Part shown: positions 37,491 to 51,865 of the stretch, piece after piece
How positions within the stretch are numbered: the stretch's first letter is position 1
Layout: every line of letters starts with the position of its first letter
Assembly (NCBI RefSeq): GCF_009834535.1
Contig: NC_045697.1
Location: 104,472,001 to 104,536,000, forward strand
Length of the DNA stretch: 64,000 nt
Reading direction: 5' to 3'
Source of the DNA: Camelus ferus
Lineage: Eukaryota
The notes under the pieces: model-generated
Seen by the model: the letters and a program-made list of their open reading frames with translations, nothing else
Database searches by the model: none
What the model was told of the DNA's origin: nothing
Position numbers and translations under genes: made by a program

Positions 37491-39469
37491 TATTCTGCCC
37501 CTTGCCAGACACACTCACCAGTGTTCTTTGCACAAGTGAAGGCTTTGTGAGACAGATGGCAAAATACCTACAACATTGTCTATGTAACTTAACAAACCAT
37601 ATGGCCCTTCTCGCTCTAACTCATTTTTTCCAGGACCACAGATTTAGCTGATTGCTTATCAGACAAGGTTCACATACCAAACAACTAGAATCTTTCCAAA
37701 TGAAGGAAGATATTCACACAGCTGACTCTGAAAATTAACCCCAAGCACAGAAAGAAAAATGTTTCCAGATCCTCTACATCACTTCTAGCTGTGAGACAGG
37801 ATTTTTTTTAATAGTTTACGTGATTCTTCTGAAAACTATGTGTAATTAACTATCATTTCTACATTTAAGGTACCAAATTTAGAAGCCATAAAATTGATTA
37901 CTAGTCAATCAGATGATCAATTTTTAAGACATGTCTTGACCGATTCATGCTAGATTGGAAAACCTGCTCTAGTGAGGAGTTAGATGTGCCTGAGGCTCAC
38001 CATTTAAAACGTGAAATTATTTTTTAAAGAAGACAGAAACAGAGAAGTATTACCTTAGAAAGGGAAAAAGAGATCAGAGAGAGAAGAGCTATCTTTCCCC
38101 ACCAAAGACCTCAAGATTTTAGTCAATAATGTTGGCAATTAATTAAGTTTACACAAAGTAGGGTATGAGCTGTTCTTTTCCTAGTGTTTCTATTTACCAG
38201 GCACTATGCACACGGAACCTAGTTTAAGCTCACAAAACCCCTCAGGTTGGTATTACTGCCATTTTATCAATGTCAAAACAGAGGTTCCTCAGCAAGTATA
38301 AAGAACTTGTCTGAGCTCACACGGCAACCTAGGCCTGTGTATTTGCCACCATCCCATGCTGTCTTCCCACACGGAATCCACCAAAACATCTCACAAGGAA
38401 CACCGCCATCAAACAGTGTGCTGGGTTGGAATTCAGAGAGCCCTTTGCCCCACTAGTTACAAAGCAGTGCTTCATGAAGGAGATGACCTTGATTTTGCCA
38501 CAGAGCTTGTCACTAAAAATAAATATCTGTTGATCAAGCGATTGGAAAATTAAATGAAGCAAGTAAAGGGGTATTTGGAGAAGACTGTTTTTCACTGTTT
38601 CAAAATTGGAAATACATCCTTTTATGAAACCGTGCAGACTCCTTATATTTTTCAGGAACAGTCAACAAAAAAGAAAAGAATTGAGTGTTCAGTTACTTTG
38701 AGGAAAATGAAGATCAAACATCACACTTGTAAACAAGTCTCCCAACTTTGGGGTCAAAAAGATTCTCTATAAAATGGAGGCACTTTTATTATCCCCAAAA
38801 GGTGGTCCCCGAGCTGTCCTGGACTTTCCTGCTAACTGAACACATGGCTGAGGGGCTGACCTCAGCTTCTCCTCTGAGCCTCTCTCTGCATGACTAGTGA
38901 GAACCTGCCTTCCTGGGAAATGCCCACACTTAACTTTGTTGGGCTCCTGTCCCTGTTTCACCAGCCTCAAAGTTTAATCGTAATTCCATCACGAGAACAT
39001 GAATGAATCACATACAATGAAATGATAGATTCTCCAACATTCTTGAGCAAGATGGGCTAAGTCTTATGTTACATTTGGCCCATGTAGACTTGGCTGAAGG
39101 CGCACCTCAAATTCAGGTGGAGCTAAAGAAGGACCGCCTTGTAGTCTTATAGTTTCCTCGTGGTGATACCTTGCATTTTAAAACACATACTCTTTAGTTT
39201 TTTTCTAATTCTCTTCCGGCTTCACCTACATGAACCATAAATAATTGGGTTTTATTTTTAATCAATTCAATGAGAGAAAAATAAACTGATTATTTCTCCT
39301 TGAATGAAGGAAGCCAGGAAGGGAGGAGATTTTTCACTCTACAACTGCGTATGTTTTGGTGATATTGGCAAAACACAAAGGAGGCATTGTGTGTCCTAAA
39401 TCAAATAGAGCACAGCCTCCAAGACACCGTGGGATGGGGCCCCTCTCCTCTGCCCTTTCCTCCTAACAC

Positions 39470-39950
39470 TCCTCTATACGATGGTTCCTCTCCAACCACA
39501 CCAACCTTCTCTCTGTTCCTCAGATAAACCGAGCTTGTTCCTGCTGAGACCACAGCACCTCGCTACTCCCTCTGCCCAGAACACTCTGCTCCCAGGTTAG
39601 ATGTACAGTTTCCTTCTACTTGTCATTCATGACTCAGCTGACATGTCGCCTCCTCTTGTTTTCCCAGGTCACTCTCCCTAATAGCAGCTGTGAATCCCTC
39701 TCTTTGTGGCTGTGTTTTCTTCATAGCACTGTCCCGTCTCTGAAATATCCTGTTCATTTGTGTTTGGTTGTTTTCTGTCTGTGTCCCCCATCTAATACAA
39801 GCACCCCAAGAGCAAGGACCTTGTCTGTCTTGTCCACCAACACATCTCCAGAGAACTGAACTTGTGCCTGATGCAGAGTTCTCAATAAATATTTGCTGCA
39901 TGAATGAATTAACAAATAAATAACTATATGAACGAATGAATGATTGATTT
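39470..39950 (+). mobile_element. L2 3' end
   Basis: ctgttcctca..cttcatagcact..ctcaataaatatttgctgcatgaatgaat tail. Confidence 0.85.
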
Positions 39951-41326
39951 CTATGAAAGTTGCAGTAAAGTCCCTCATACCCTCTAAACACAGCCAGGAG
40001 TTATGGTAAATCCGCAGTCTGCTACAGAAGAGGCGAATAACTCTGGGAACAAGGTTCCATCCTTGATACTCATTCTTATGGTTTAGCCAAACTCCAACCA
40101 ATGAAAAAGTGAGAAAATCCTTCTTTATATTGCCATGTCTAGGTTTTTCTCTTTGTGCCTAAAGATGATAGTCCTGAATAAAAGTCAACAAATAGAAATC
40201 CGTCATATAGTAACAAAATACCTTCTTCCTTCATAATTAAAAGGATTTCAATAGAGGCAAGCAGTTCTTGGTTTTCTCAACTTAACGTATTCCAAAGACT
40301 GTTTCTGCAGTTCAACGGGCATAAAATTTAATGCATGCAGCTTACATTCTTTGGGTCTACTTCATCTTAATTAATTTCTGAAAATTTCCACTTCATGTTC
40401 TCCCTCCCTCTTCCTCCTCCCCCACCTCTGGCAGTATATGCCTCACTTTAAAATACAGATAAGGATTTGAGGGCCATAGAATGGCCATATCTTGAATCAT
40501 GGCCACAGTCAGAAGGACAAAGAAAACAAGGATGTTATGTCACAAAATGTTTGAACTAGGAAGATCTCTCTTTTACTAAAGAAAAGCCACGCATAATGGC
40601 TGCCTGACTTTTTTAATTTATGGAGGCAAAAATATTTTGTTTCACTTAATACTACATATAGAAATATAATAATCTAAAACATATGCCATTCTGTTTAAAG
40701 CTATTTGTCATTCTTGTTGAAAATCAGTACCATTCAAATCATTGTATTCATATATAGAATACATTTTACCTCTTTATGAAGAGGAAAATTTAAATATTTA
40801 ACATTTATTAACATTGAATAGTGCCTATTCAAATACATTTTCAAAAAAAACATTAAAAACAATCAGCTAAAAATTAAAATTTCCTTTTATTTGGAGTTTA
40901 AAACATTAAAGATTTAATGACCAACATTTAACAAATAGTAAAAACAGTGATAAAATAAATGAAACGAAAATAGTTTCTACTGATGTAAATGTCTTTACAT
41001 TTAGGGAAATTTGACAAATTGCCTCCAGGAAAAAAGTTTAGCCAGTATATGGATTAAAAAAGCATTGTATGATGGGCAAAGAGTGGACATTTTCATTAAC
41101 CAGCATTTTCCTCTACAGAATGGGTTTCTCCAGCTTCAGTGTGCCTTATGCCCCCATTTATAGGCTAAATTCTTAACCTGCCTCTAAGCTAATATTCAGT
41201 AAGTGAGGTAATTCTATGACTCAAATTGATCTTCCACTATCCTTAATTTTTTGCAGGCAAACTGACCCTCTCAACCTAATCTCAAATGCATGTGGCTAGT
41301 TTTTGTCACTTTAAAATTGTACTGCA

Positions 41327-41453
41327 CAAGCAGAAGACCTACACAGACATTTCTCCAAAGACATACAGTTGGCCAACAGGCACATGAAAGGATGCTCAAC
41401 ATCACTATTTGTTAGAGAAATGCAAGTCAAAACTACAATAAGGTATTACCTCA
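41327..41453 (+). mobile_element. Internal L1 ORF2 fragment
   Basis: gcagaagacct..catttctccaaagacataca..ggccaacaggcacatgaaaggatgctcaacatcac. Confidence 0.85.
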
Positions 41454-41477
41454 AAATTGCAAAAAATTGCCAAAAAA

Positions 41478-42130
41478 TTATCATCACCCCAAAATAAAAC
41501 CCAGTATCCATTAAGCAGTCACTCCCCATTCCCTCTTCCCCCATTCCTTGGCATCTATCAGTCTGCTTTCTCTCTCTACAGATTTACCTACTCCAGATAT
41601 TTCATAAACTGGAATCATACAATATGTGACCTTTGGTGTCCATCTTCCTTCACTTAGCATAATGTTTTCAAAGTTTGTCCATATTGTAGCACAGATCAGT
41701 ACTTAATTCCTCAATAAATTATGGCCAAATACTATCCCATTGTTTGTATATAAGTTTGTTTACCTATTCACGCACTGATGAATATCTGGATGGTTTTCAT
41801 CTTTTGACTATTGCCAATAGTGTTTCTGTGAACATTCACGTATAAATACTTGAGTAACTGTTTTTATTTCTTTTGGATATAAAACTAGGAGTGGAACTGC
41901 TGGGTTACATACACAGTTACTCTATGTTTAACTTTTTGAGAAACTGCCAAGCTATTTTCCACAGCAGCTGAGCCATTTTGCATCCCCACCAGCAATGTAA
42001 GAGGGTTCCAATGTCTCCACATCCTTGCCAGCGCTTGTTGTTTTCCATTTTGGTTTCTCCTTTTCTTTTTTTGGTTTTTGGTTTTAATTATAGCTATCTA
42101 AGTGGGTGTGAGGTGGCATCTCACTGTGAA
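41478..42130 (-). mobile_element. L1MB-like ORF2 end and 3' UTR
   Basis: aagcagtcactccccattccc..ggaatcatacaatatgtgacct..catccccaccagcaatgt. Confidence 0.9.
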
Positions 42131-42274
42131 CTTTCCATTGTTTTTACATACAGCTTGAACACAGAGAACTCCACCAACTAATTTTCTTAACAATTTTTGC
42201 TGTTGTCTTGTAAGGCGTCTCCCCACCCCTAGGCATATGCCATTTTCTAACATAACAACGACAATAACAAAAAT

Positions 42275-42490
42275 GAGACTAGCTGACCCTTACATAGTGC
42301 TGGTTGCTTTACATGTATTATTATTATTATTATTAAGACTCAACCCTCACAACAACTCCATGAGGTATTGTTCACTCCAGCTTACCAACGAGGAAACAGG
42401 CCACTAAAGAGCTCAAGTGTCTTGTCCAAGCTCTACAACCAGTAAATCCTGAAGCTATAATTCAAACCCCATCTGCCACTCAAGTTCATT
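42275..42490 (-). mobile_element. MIR SINE
   Basis: cctcacaacaactccatgaggta..gaggaaacaggc..ttcaaacccc. Confidence 0.7.
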
Positions 42491-44984
42491 TTTCCCTTTT
42501 GTTTCCAGTATGTATCCCAAAGTAGTTGAAACCCAGAGGCCTTATAGACAGATGCAAAGCTTATTAATGCAACTTATTACATACAATACAGAGTTTGAAA
42601 TCAGGCACTCATGCTATATTTTAACCATAAATGTGTGATTAGGATTTTAGCTCTTTGCTTTAAAAAGACTGTTGTTATATGTGCCCCTAAATGTACTTCC
42701 ACTTTTAGTAAGGGTCAAGCATCCTTCATCCAAGCTGGGCGGGTAATGGGAGGGCTCCCTAGTCAGGCCAGGGGAAGCCCGTGGCCTGTGATGGTGCTCC
42801 CTCCAAGACCTACACCATGAAACAAGGATCTGGCTTTGACACTATGAATTTCTCCACCAGCCTCCCCCATGAACAGAAGCAAAATCTGAGCAGGGTAGTA
42901 AGAAACTGTAAACTTTAGCCTTCCTCTTTGAACCCTCTCAGGCCTTTAAGCACTGGAAACAGCAAGGACATTTCATGTCTCTGTGTAAAGAAAAAAAAGC
43001 CAGTTTCTCCTGTACCTTTGGACTTGAAACTCGGCTCCTCATCAGTTCCTGAATCAGCTCCAGACAGATAGGAAGAAACTCCTCTCCTTGACCCCAGAGC
43101 AGAACATTCCTTTCAAAACCTCCTCATTCCCCCCAATCACATCAGTCTTCAGCTAGTAAAGAAAAATGAGTTTAAAAAAAATTTTTTAAGAGTTACTTAG
43201 TAACAAAAATCATGACCCGCTGCTAAGGATGTGATCAGGCAATACCACACTATGACAGAGAATGACTCAGAAGGTTATATAATGTTCTTAAATCCCCCAG
43301 AGGGTCCAGAGAGCCCTGTAACCTCTGCCCTCCTCATGCTTGTCATTCCAGCCTGACCGACCAGTGTCCTGGCGGTGTTCGTGGTGTGTGGCCATCCCAT
43401 CTGACAAGAGAGAGCAAGCCTGCCATTCTACCCGGTCTGTCACTACCCGGAAGAGAAAAGAATGAACATCCAGCGAGCACCTACTATGTGCCAGGCACTT
43501 TACAGACATAAGAAGTAGCAATGGATGAGAGGAGGGCCCAGGAGTCAAGGAGACCAAGGTGTGATGCTCACCTTCACCTCTCATCACCTGAGCGACTCCA
43601 GGCAAGAAATGTAACCACTCTGCATCTCACTTTGCTCATCCATAAAATCTACTGGTTCATGAATCATAAAGATGACGGTGAGGATTGCATTTCATAACAC
43701 TGTCAAGGGCTTTGCACGTAGCCTGGATCAGAGTAATGGCTCAGTGAGTATTAGCTATTAACAGCAGTGCTATCACTATTATTGTTCCAGTATCTCCCAT
43801 TCTCTTCTTAAGCAGAGAAAGCTCCGAATGGGAAGAACTCAGCTCTTCCCAATTACTCCCAAGAGACTTCTGAGTGGTTCCTCTCACCTGGATGTCCCTG
43901 CCACCAGGAAGCATCTAAATGGAGAATTTGATGCATTGCTCTTAACCTTAGTAATGCCTGCTCCATCGTTGCCAAAACACAAATCCTTATAGTTCTTTCT
44001 AAATGGGGTTGTGAAGACAGGATTTAAACTCAAATGTAAACTTGGGCCACTCACGGCAACAAAAAGTGACATTTCAATTGTTGTCAAAGGTCAGGGGTGG
44101 CACTAAAATGAAACACCAACAACTCATTGCTGGAATAACCCACTCCGTCCTGCTAAGAGTTCACCTAGCTACTGAATGGATGAAAAGTCTTCTTTAGAAT
44201 GTCTCATCCAGACGAGTCCATGGAAAACTTTGGCCCATTTTTAGAACAAAATTGAAATTGGCCTTTTATGGTGATTCAAAAGCAGGCAGATAGTATCTGC
44301 AATTATTTGCCTCTGCATTTATGGAATTGCTGATCCCCCAAAGCAGGTGGCCTGAAGCAAACGGTGCCAGCTGCTTCCAGAATAATCCGTGTTTGTATAT
44401 TCACTCCCCACACACACTCAAAAAAAAATAATAAAACTAACAGGAACTAAAAAGAAACAGGCATATGCAAAAAACAGGTCACTGACGCATGCACCTCGGC
44501 CCACAGTCAGCCAGATTTCGTCCTCCCTTTTTGCTCAATTAAATGGACAACTTTTAGCTCTTGTCTTACTTGGCTTTTTGAATACTTTCCGAAGCATTTA
44601 CACTGTTGTGTAATGGAAACTTTACAGCTTTCTGGAAACTGCCTCATTCTGGTCCTAGTGACATCCTGCTCCCCAGGTTCTCGTGGCATCTTTCTGCTTC
44701 TCAGTCTCTGTCTCCTTCTTGGGTGCATCTTTCCCTGCCTCCTCACTCATATTGTGGTGTTCCCTGGGACGCCCACTCCCTTTACTTATTACAGTACAAA
44801 TAACTGCATGGCACATATAGCCTACTACTAGGAGAAATAGAATCTGAATCATGCATTTCAGTTGGAGAGCATTCTAAAACTTATACCTTCCCTTCTTAAT
44901 AAAGGCATTTACTTGCCTCAAATAAAGCAACTTAAGGTAAAGCCTCTAGATCATGTCCTCTTTCCAAGAAGGCAAGGACACAGG

Positions 44985-45500
44985 CATGTGGAAATGTCCA
45001 CAGGCTAGTGGGAAAATTAAATTGATATAACCTTCTTGAAACCAATTTACCAATAATTATCAAAAAGCCTTTACAATGCCAACATATTCCAATGCAAAAA
45101 TTCTCTTTCCACATGACAATTGGAACATTTACTAATATTCATCTTAAGCAACGCTCAATTAAAAATGTGTTTGAAATAGCTAAAAATTTAAAGCAATCTA
45201 AATCGTTTGATAAACCATGGCATACCCGTATAATGACAGTTTAAAATCTCCAAAATACATTCTTAAATGAAAAAGTTAAAAATAATAAATAGGATAAGGC
45301 CCCAGTTCTTAATACCTGCATGTGAATTTGAATAGACATACATACATACAGAAAACAAGAGAGGGGAAATGGAAAGAAGTCATATTCGATGTTAATAAAG
45401 ATTCTTTGTGTAAGAAAGATGGATGACTTGTATTTTATTCTTTGGGCTTTTCTATGTTTTCAAAATTCACTGAAATAACATGGATTATCTTTCTAATGAG
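44985..45500 (+). mobile_element. Old L1ME-type 3' fragment
   Basis: gctagtgggaaaattaaattgatataaccttcttgaaa..caattta..; degraded 3' UTR. Confidence 0.55.
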
Positions 45501-46033
45501 GGGAAATAAACTTCTTAGGGAAAAGCCTCTGAGAAGAGAGAGAGGTCATATAAAGAAAGGTAAGAGGTAACTATTCTCCGAGAACTTGTAACTCCAATAA
45601 GTTACGTGTTATAGAACACCATAAGAACATTATAAGAAGTTACATCTAAGAAAGATCCATTCAGTGAGACTATCTGAAATAGAATATATGTTTCAGAATA
45701 AGATGCATTTGATTAAACAGAGTAAATCCTGTTTGAGCAGTCCAGGGATAAACATAGGAGGAGAGATGTCTCACTTGTCACAATCTAACATAGGGAAGAG
45801 AACAGCACCTGGCTGACTTCAGAATTTGTCAAGAGATAGTTTAGCTTTCTCAAATGTGTGAGATACATAGTGTAAAGATGGAAGCATTGCCTCTGGAATT
45901 AGATGAGCAACGTTTACCTTCTGCTAACTAGCTGCCTAGCCTTACGGAAGTGATTCAGCATTTTAAACCTCAGAGATTTTTTAATTTGTGAAATAAAGAT
46001 AACACTTACTTCACACAGTGTAGATAAAGAAAT

Positions 46034-46650
46034 CAGTGGATTCTTATCATGCACGGATTCCATTTGCCTACCTGCTAAAATTCCTTTGGAATCTCAAATC
46101 AATACTCCCAGTGCTTTCACGGTCATCTGTGAATACGCTCGGAGCAGGGAGCATTTTGAGGTGCAACCACACATTCCCAACAGAGGTGGAACAAACAATG
46201 CTCTGCCTTCTTTCTTGTTTTAACTCTCAGACTGTGAACAAGTGTCCTTTTCGTTATCTATTTAATGCCATATTTTTCACATTTTTGTACTTTTTTGTTA
46301 GGAATTCACTGTTTAAAATGGCCACCTAGCGTAGCACCAAAGTGCTGTCTCACATTTCTAAGTGCACGAGGGCTGCAATGTACCTTGAGGGAAAAACACA
46401 TGTATTAAGTAAGTTTCATTCAGACATGAATAACAGTGCTGTTGGCTGTGAGTTCAAAGTTAATGAATCAATAATATATGTTAAATAAGGTCTCTTTCAA
46501 CAGAAACACATACAAAACAAGATTATATATTGATTAGTTGACAAAAATGTTGTCACCAGAGGCTCACAGGAACCTAACCTTGTATTTCCTCTATGAGCAA
46601 TGCTCCGGTATTTGCTAATTCACTGTTTGTAGCAACATTATAGGCCATAA
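46034..46650. mobile_element. MER44/Tigger7-derived TcMar-Tigger element
   Basis: cagtggattctt..cacatttttgtactttttg..ctgtttaaaatggcc..gtgctgttggctgtgagttcaa..ccagaggctcacaggaacctaacc. Confidence 0.88.
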
Positions 46651-46882
46651 TTATTGAGTATCAACTATGTTCCAGGCACTGTATTAAGCATATGATGTTA
46701 TGTTATCTCTTGTAATCCTCTCCACAGTCTTCTGAGGTCAATCTGATTACTGTCAGCCATTTGAATGGTAAACGAACTAAAGCTTTGTGAGCTTAATTTG
46801 CCAGTGATCCCAGGGCTAGTGAATGTAGGAAATGAACAAAACTTCCCTGCTCCAGAGCCTACCAGCTTAACCTCTACACTGC
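46650..46882 (-). mobile_element. MIR SINE
   Basis: ttattgagtatcaactatgttccaggcactgtattaagc..aatcctctccacag. Confidence 0.7.
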
Positions 46883-47299
46883 ACTGATCAACTCAAGGGT
46901 TCCCTGTCACTCCAATTTCTGTACCAACATAACCTTTCTGTAATGTTTTTAAGGGAGCAAAGCGCTTAGAAACTAGCTCTGGTCCCCTCTCACTCCCTCC
47001 TGCCTCCCCAAGTGCACAGCTTGCTTGGGTACTGAGTCTTCATTCCTGAAGGAGTTTTCACAGTCCCAGAGGCTTTAACTCGTCACGGAGTTTCATATCC
47101 AATGTTTCACATGTGTGCACATGTTGTGTTCATGTTTACTTCATGGAAATATTTCAAGACAAAAATTTTTATCTGGGCATGTATGTAAGTATTACTAAAC
47201 CACACTGAATAATGAAAAATCCTGGGAGTTGACAGAGTCACTCTGGGGACCTAAAAGTCATCTCACTGCTGAACCCTTACCATCTATACTACAAATACC

Positions 47300-47835
47300 A
47301 CCCCATCTCTCTGGTGGAATCACTTTCATACCTATGGGCAGGCTGCCCGTGTGGCATGGGTCTCTTTGGGAAAATGTCCTCGGGCTCTTCATGGGATTCC
47401 ATGAGTCCATCCATCCAGCAGCTCCACACCCTCTGCCATGGACAGCGGACACACCACCCAGGCTGACCAACCAGAATCAGTCATCTTCCTCATACAACAG
47501 CCCAGGGAGGGTTCATCCAAGTCCTCTCTGAGGAATTGACATGGATGTCTCTTTTGCACTTTGATCCCAAGCTGTAAGAATGCTTGTGGCCACTAGGGAT
47601 ATGCTGCCATAGAGAGAGCCTAAGAAGAAAACAGTGGTGATAAGCGATGCTGAGAGACAAAGAGCGACAAACAGACAGAGGGCTGATGAGACTGTCTGAA
47701 CGCCTAGACCCAACGATGTGTGAACCACACCTACCACATGAAGTTCCCAGTTAAGGAAACCAGAATATCCCCTTCTATATTTCGTTTGTGTGGGATTTTC
47801 AGTCACTTGCCATGTATATAGTCCTAACCAATACA
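47300..47835 (+). mobile_element. Old MaLR LTR (MLT1J/K/L-like)
   Basis: acccaggctgaccaaccag..ttcccagtta..gggattttcagtcacttgc..gtcctaaccaataca. Confidence 0.7.
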
Positions 47836-48164
47836 GTGCACTTCACAATGTCATTGAAACCAAAGTTTCCCTTTTAGTGCTTTTATTCTGTTTTTAATTG
47901 TTGAAACAGTAGAAAAGTACAAAATAATACCTTTTCTCTGAAAAAATAGGCATAATCATTACTCTTCATGGACTAGCAGTGCTAAATGGAATTGGAGGTT
48001 TAGAAAAACTGTCATAGTATGTTTGGTAAGTTAAAATAACAAGCTAAAGAAGCCCAGATATTGTTAGCTTCAGAAATAGTGAGTAATATTATGTAAAAAT
48101 TAAATGGGCATATTAAAACCACATTTAATCTCTAAAACTCTGGGTGTGTGTATGTATGTGTACA

Positions 48165-49195
48165 AACCAATGACTTCCAACAGCTCACCCCTGAATTCCA
48201 GAGTCATTTATCCATCTGCCAACTGGACATCTATCTCCCCTCTAATGTCACTAGGCAACCAATGTCCAAAAGACAGCTCTGGATTCCCTCTTCAGAACCT
48301 GCTCTTGGTCAGTTTGCCTTTTCAAGAAAAAGTCTTTAGTTCATCCAATGGCTAAGGTGCAAAACTTAGAAGTTACTCTTAACTCCTTTCCTCCTTTCAC
48401 CTCACCTCTAGTCAATCAAAAAAAGCTGTTAGTTCTGCTGCAAAATATGTCCTGTTTCCAACTTCTCTCCATCTCCACCACCATAACCCTGGCCCAACCC
48501 ACACCGCCTCTCCTGGGGTTCACTGCCACAGTCTCTCCACTGGGATTCCTGCTTCTGCTCTCAGTCCCTTCTAGTCGACTCTTCACAAAATAGTCAGAGG
48601 CACAACTTTTAAAATAGAAATCTGATTATGTCCTACCTCTGCTCAGAACCCTCCCATGGTATCCTGTTACACTTAGAAGAAAGGCCAAAGTGTTTATCAC
48701 ACCTGTATGATCTGGACCCTTCCAACCCAAGCTGTATCATCCTTTATTACTGCTTCCCTCACTCATTCTGCCCCAGCTGCATTGGCCTCTTTCACTATCC
48801 CTACAATACAGTGAGCATGCACTCACCTCAGTGCCTTTGCACTTCCTATTTTTTCTGTCTAGAATGTTCTACCCCTCAGCTATTGCCATGGCTTGTTTCA
48901 TCTCTTCATTCAGGTCTTTGTTCAGATCTCACCTCATCCAAGAAGCCATCCCTAGCTGGCCTTTCTAAGATACTTATCCCCTCATTTGCTTTCTGGCCCT
49001 TACTCTGTTTTATTTTTCTTCATAGGTCTTACGTTATTTTTTCCTTTCCTACTTGTTCACTGACTGATTGCCTTCTCTAGAATATAAGTGCCATGAAGTC
49101 AGGGACTTAGTTTTATTTACTGCAGTATCTCCATCATCTTGACCAATGCCAAATACAAAGTAAGCCCATGCTAAATATTTGTTGATTAATAAAAG
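48165..49195 (+). mobile_element. L2 LINE 3' region
   Basis: cctgaattccagagtcatttatccatctgcc..cttctctccatctccacc..aaatatttgttgatt. Confidence 0.85.
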
Positions 49196-49684
49196 AAGAA
49201 ACTTTTGTAACATATAACACAGGCAAAAAGTCAGTATCACTAATATAGAGAGATGTTCCCATCAATAAGAATATTATTTCATTCCTCTAGGAAAAAAATG
49301 GGGACACCCAATGCCCAAATATAGGTGTTTAAGTATCATTCCCTGATAAAGGGCACTGGAACACCTTCGATAAACTGGTAATTCCAAGACTGGAGCACAA
49401 AAGAATACAAAATGATCCTGGAGCATCATGTAGGACTAGAAAGTGAGGATGTTCAAAGAACAAGAGTATAGGGACACAGGAGCCAACCTGAGTCTCTGGT
49501 GGCAAAGGTAGAAGAATTTGAGCAATAAAATTATTAGCATGGTATTCAATTACAATCCAAAGTATAAAATAAGTATAACAGGATCCCATGCTGAGATAAA
49601 TGGTTGAATACATAAATAAATGGAGGGGAAAAGACATGTCTTCTTCACAGAAAAGTTCCAAATAATATATAGAGTTACCCTCCC

Positions 49685-50061
49685 TGTTTTAGGCTGAATT
49701 GTCTCCCCAAAATCCGTACGTTGAAGGCATAACCTCCAATAACTCAGAATGTAACTGTATTTGGAGATCTGGAGATAGAGCCTTTAAAGAGTTCATTAAG
49801 ACCAAATGAGCTCATATGGTGGCTCCTAATCCAACAGGACCAGTGTCCTTGTGAGAACAGAAGATTAGGACATACACCTACTCACACAAGACCATGAGAA
49901 GACACAGTAACACCTGCAAGGTAAGGGGAGAGGCCTCAGAGGAAACCCAACCTGCTGACACCTTGGACTGCTGGTCTCCCAAACTGTGAGAAGTAAGTTT
50001 CTGTTGTTTACACCACCTCGTTCCTGGCGTTCTGTTACAGTGGCCCTAGCACGTGAATACA
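49685..50061 (+). mobile_element. MLT1B-like solo LTR
   Basis: tgttttaggctgaattgtctccccaaaatcc..aggcctcagaggaaac..tgttacagtggccctagca..aataca. Confidence 0.9.
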
Positions 50062-50159
50062 CCTCCCTTTCCAGACGTGGCACCCCAACCCCTATCTCCC
50101 ACTTTGAGAGCGGGCTGAATTTAGTGACTTGCTTCCAAAGAATAACAGTATAGAAAGTA

Positions 50160-50417
50160 AATAAGAATATAGAAAGAGGGGATGGAGAAATTAATTGGGA
50201 GTTTGGGACTAGCAGATACAAACTACTACGTACAGAACAGATAAATAATAAGGTCCTACTGTATAGCACAGGGAACTACAGTCAATGGCTTGTAATAACC
50301 TGTAATGAAAAAGAATGTGTATGTGTGTACAACTGAGTCACTGTGCTGTACACTAGAAACTAATACAACACTGTGAATCAACTATGCTTCAATTTACAAT
50401 GAAAAGTTTTTAAAAAG
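50160..50417 (+). mobile_element. Short lineage-specific L1 3' end
   Basis: aattgggagtttgggactagcagatac..ctgtatagcacagggaac; TSD agtatagaaagt at 50147 and 50418. Confidence 0.9.
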
Positions 50418-51419
50418 AGTATAGAAAGTGAAAAATAATAATTTCACAGTGAAGAGACCTGGCAAACACCACCAGTATGAAGTGATCAAGGTTAATCTCA
50501 CGAGTGCTAAGTCATGTTGACAGCAAGTGCCCCCTACAGGATTAGGATGTGATGGGAAAGGCATCTCACCTCTGCAGTGTTCTTTCCAAACACCCATCAT
50601 CCCGGTCAAATCATGAGAAAACATCAGACAAACCCAAAGTGAGAGATCTGACCCGTACTCTCAGAACTGTGAAGGTCATGAAAAACTGTCACATATCACA
50701 GGCAACTACAGAAACATGAAGATTAAATGCCATGTGACACCCTGGACTGGATCCTAGAACAGAAAAAGGACATTTGTGGAAAAACTAGTGAAATCAAAAT
50801 AAAGCCTGAAGCTTAATTCACAGAAATGTACTAATGTTGGTTTCTTAGTTGTGACACATGGACCGTGGTAAGGCAAAATGCTGTAAGGGACAGTCAGGAA
50901 CTTTCTGTACTCTCTTTGCAACTTTTCTGTTTGTCTAAAATTATTTCAAAATAAACATGTATTTTCCTTTACATACACAAGGAGAATAAATAGGCAAATC
51001 ACTAAAGAAATGCAGAGCATCAAAAGCCTATGGAAATTACGTACAAAGAAATATAACTAATTGAAGAAGTGTAAATGAATACCATGAGTTATTTTCTACT
51101 TGTCTGAGTGATGAATTTCAAAAGCAATTAAGACCCAAAGGTTTTTGAAAAGTATGAAAATATAGTATTGCCAATAGTATCTAATGTCTTCATCGAGTAC
51201 ATACCTCAATATATTTCCCAAGGAAATAAGCAAGTACTCCGGATAAAAACTAGCATTTATTGGACATGTAGAATGTTCCAGCACTGTGAAAAATCGTACC
51301 TATGCATCGGATCATTTGATTTTGACAATTTTTTTAGGTAGACACTACTATCATCATCTACATTTTAAGGATGAGCAAGCAAAATTATAATCCTTACAAC
51401 AAAGAGATTATTCATTACA

Positions 51420-51865
51420 GTAAAGTAATGGCCTGCTCCAGTGAACAATGCCTCCCCATGTCTCTGCCATGGCATGGTCCCCTCCCACAGGGACTCTGGG
51501 TTTGGCCATGTTACTTGTTTGACCAGTGAGATACAAGCTCACATCACAAATAGAGGATTTCCTTCTCTCTGCTTTCCAAGTCTTGCCACAATGTTAAGAA
51601 ACCCTCGGCTGCTGAAGATTCTAGTTCTGTCAACAGCCAGCACCAAAAACCAGACATGGAAGGAGGCCAGTTTTGACCAGCCAGCCACAGCTGAGCTCTC
51701 ATTCGATTTGAGCCACATGGGGGAACCTGAGCAAGAGAATCAGAGACCCAGCAAGCTGAGCCCAGCCCAGAATGCTGACACACAGACTCATGAGCAAATG
51801 AAACAGTGGTTTTAAAACAACGAGTTATGTGCTCATTTGTTTTGCAGGGATAGGTAACTAATGAC
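51420..51865 (+). mobile_element. Old MaLR LTR (MLT1G/H-like) inserted in a MIR
   Basis: gggtttggccatgttacttgtttgaccagtg..ctgagcccagcccagaatgctgac..ttgttttgcagggataggtaact. Confidence 0.7.

Larger units (their letters stand above)
49290..50960 (+). mobile_element. L1MC-type 3' UTR, interrupted by an MLT1B and an L1 tail
   Basis: tcctggagcatc..tagtgacttgcttccaaagaata..aagtgatcaaggttaa..ctggatcctagaacagaaaaaggacatt. Confidence 0.85.

Noticed and set aside
48628..49080. 150-aa ORF
   Set aside because: Lies wholly within a degraded L2 3' region; chance ORF
22820..50960. Inverted segmental duplication between the two L1MC/MLT1/L1-tail stacks
   Set aside because: Insertion points, LTR subtypes and relative orientations differ; these are independent events
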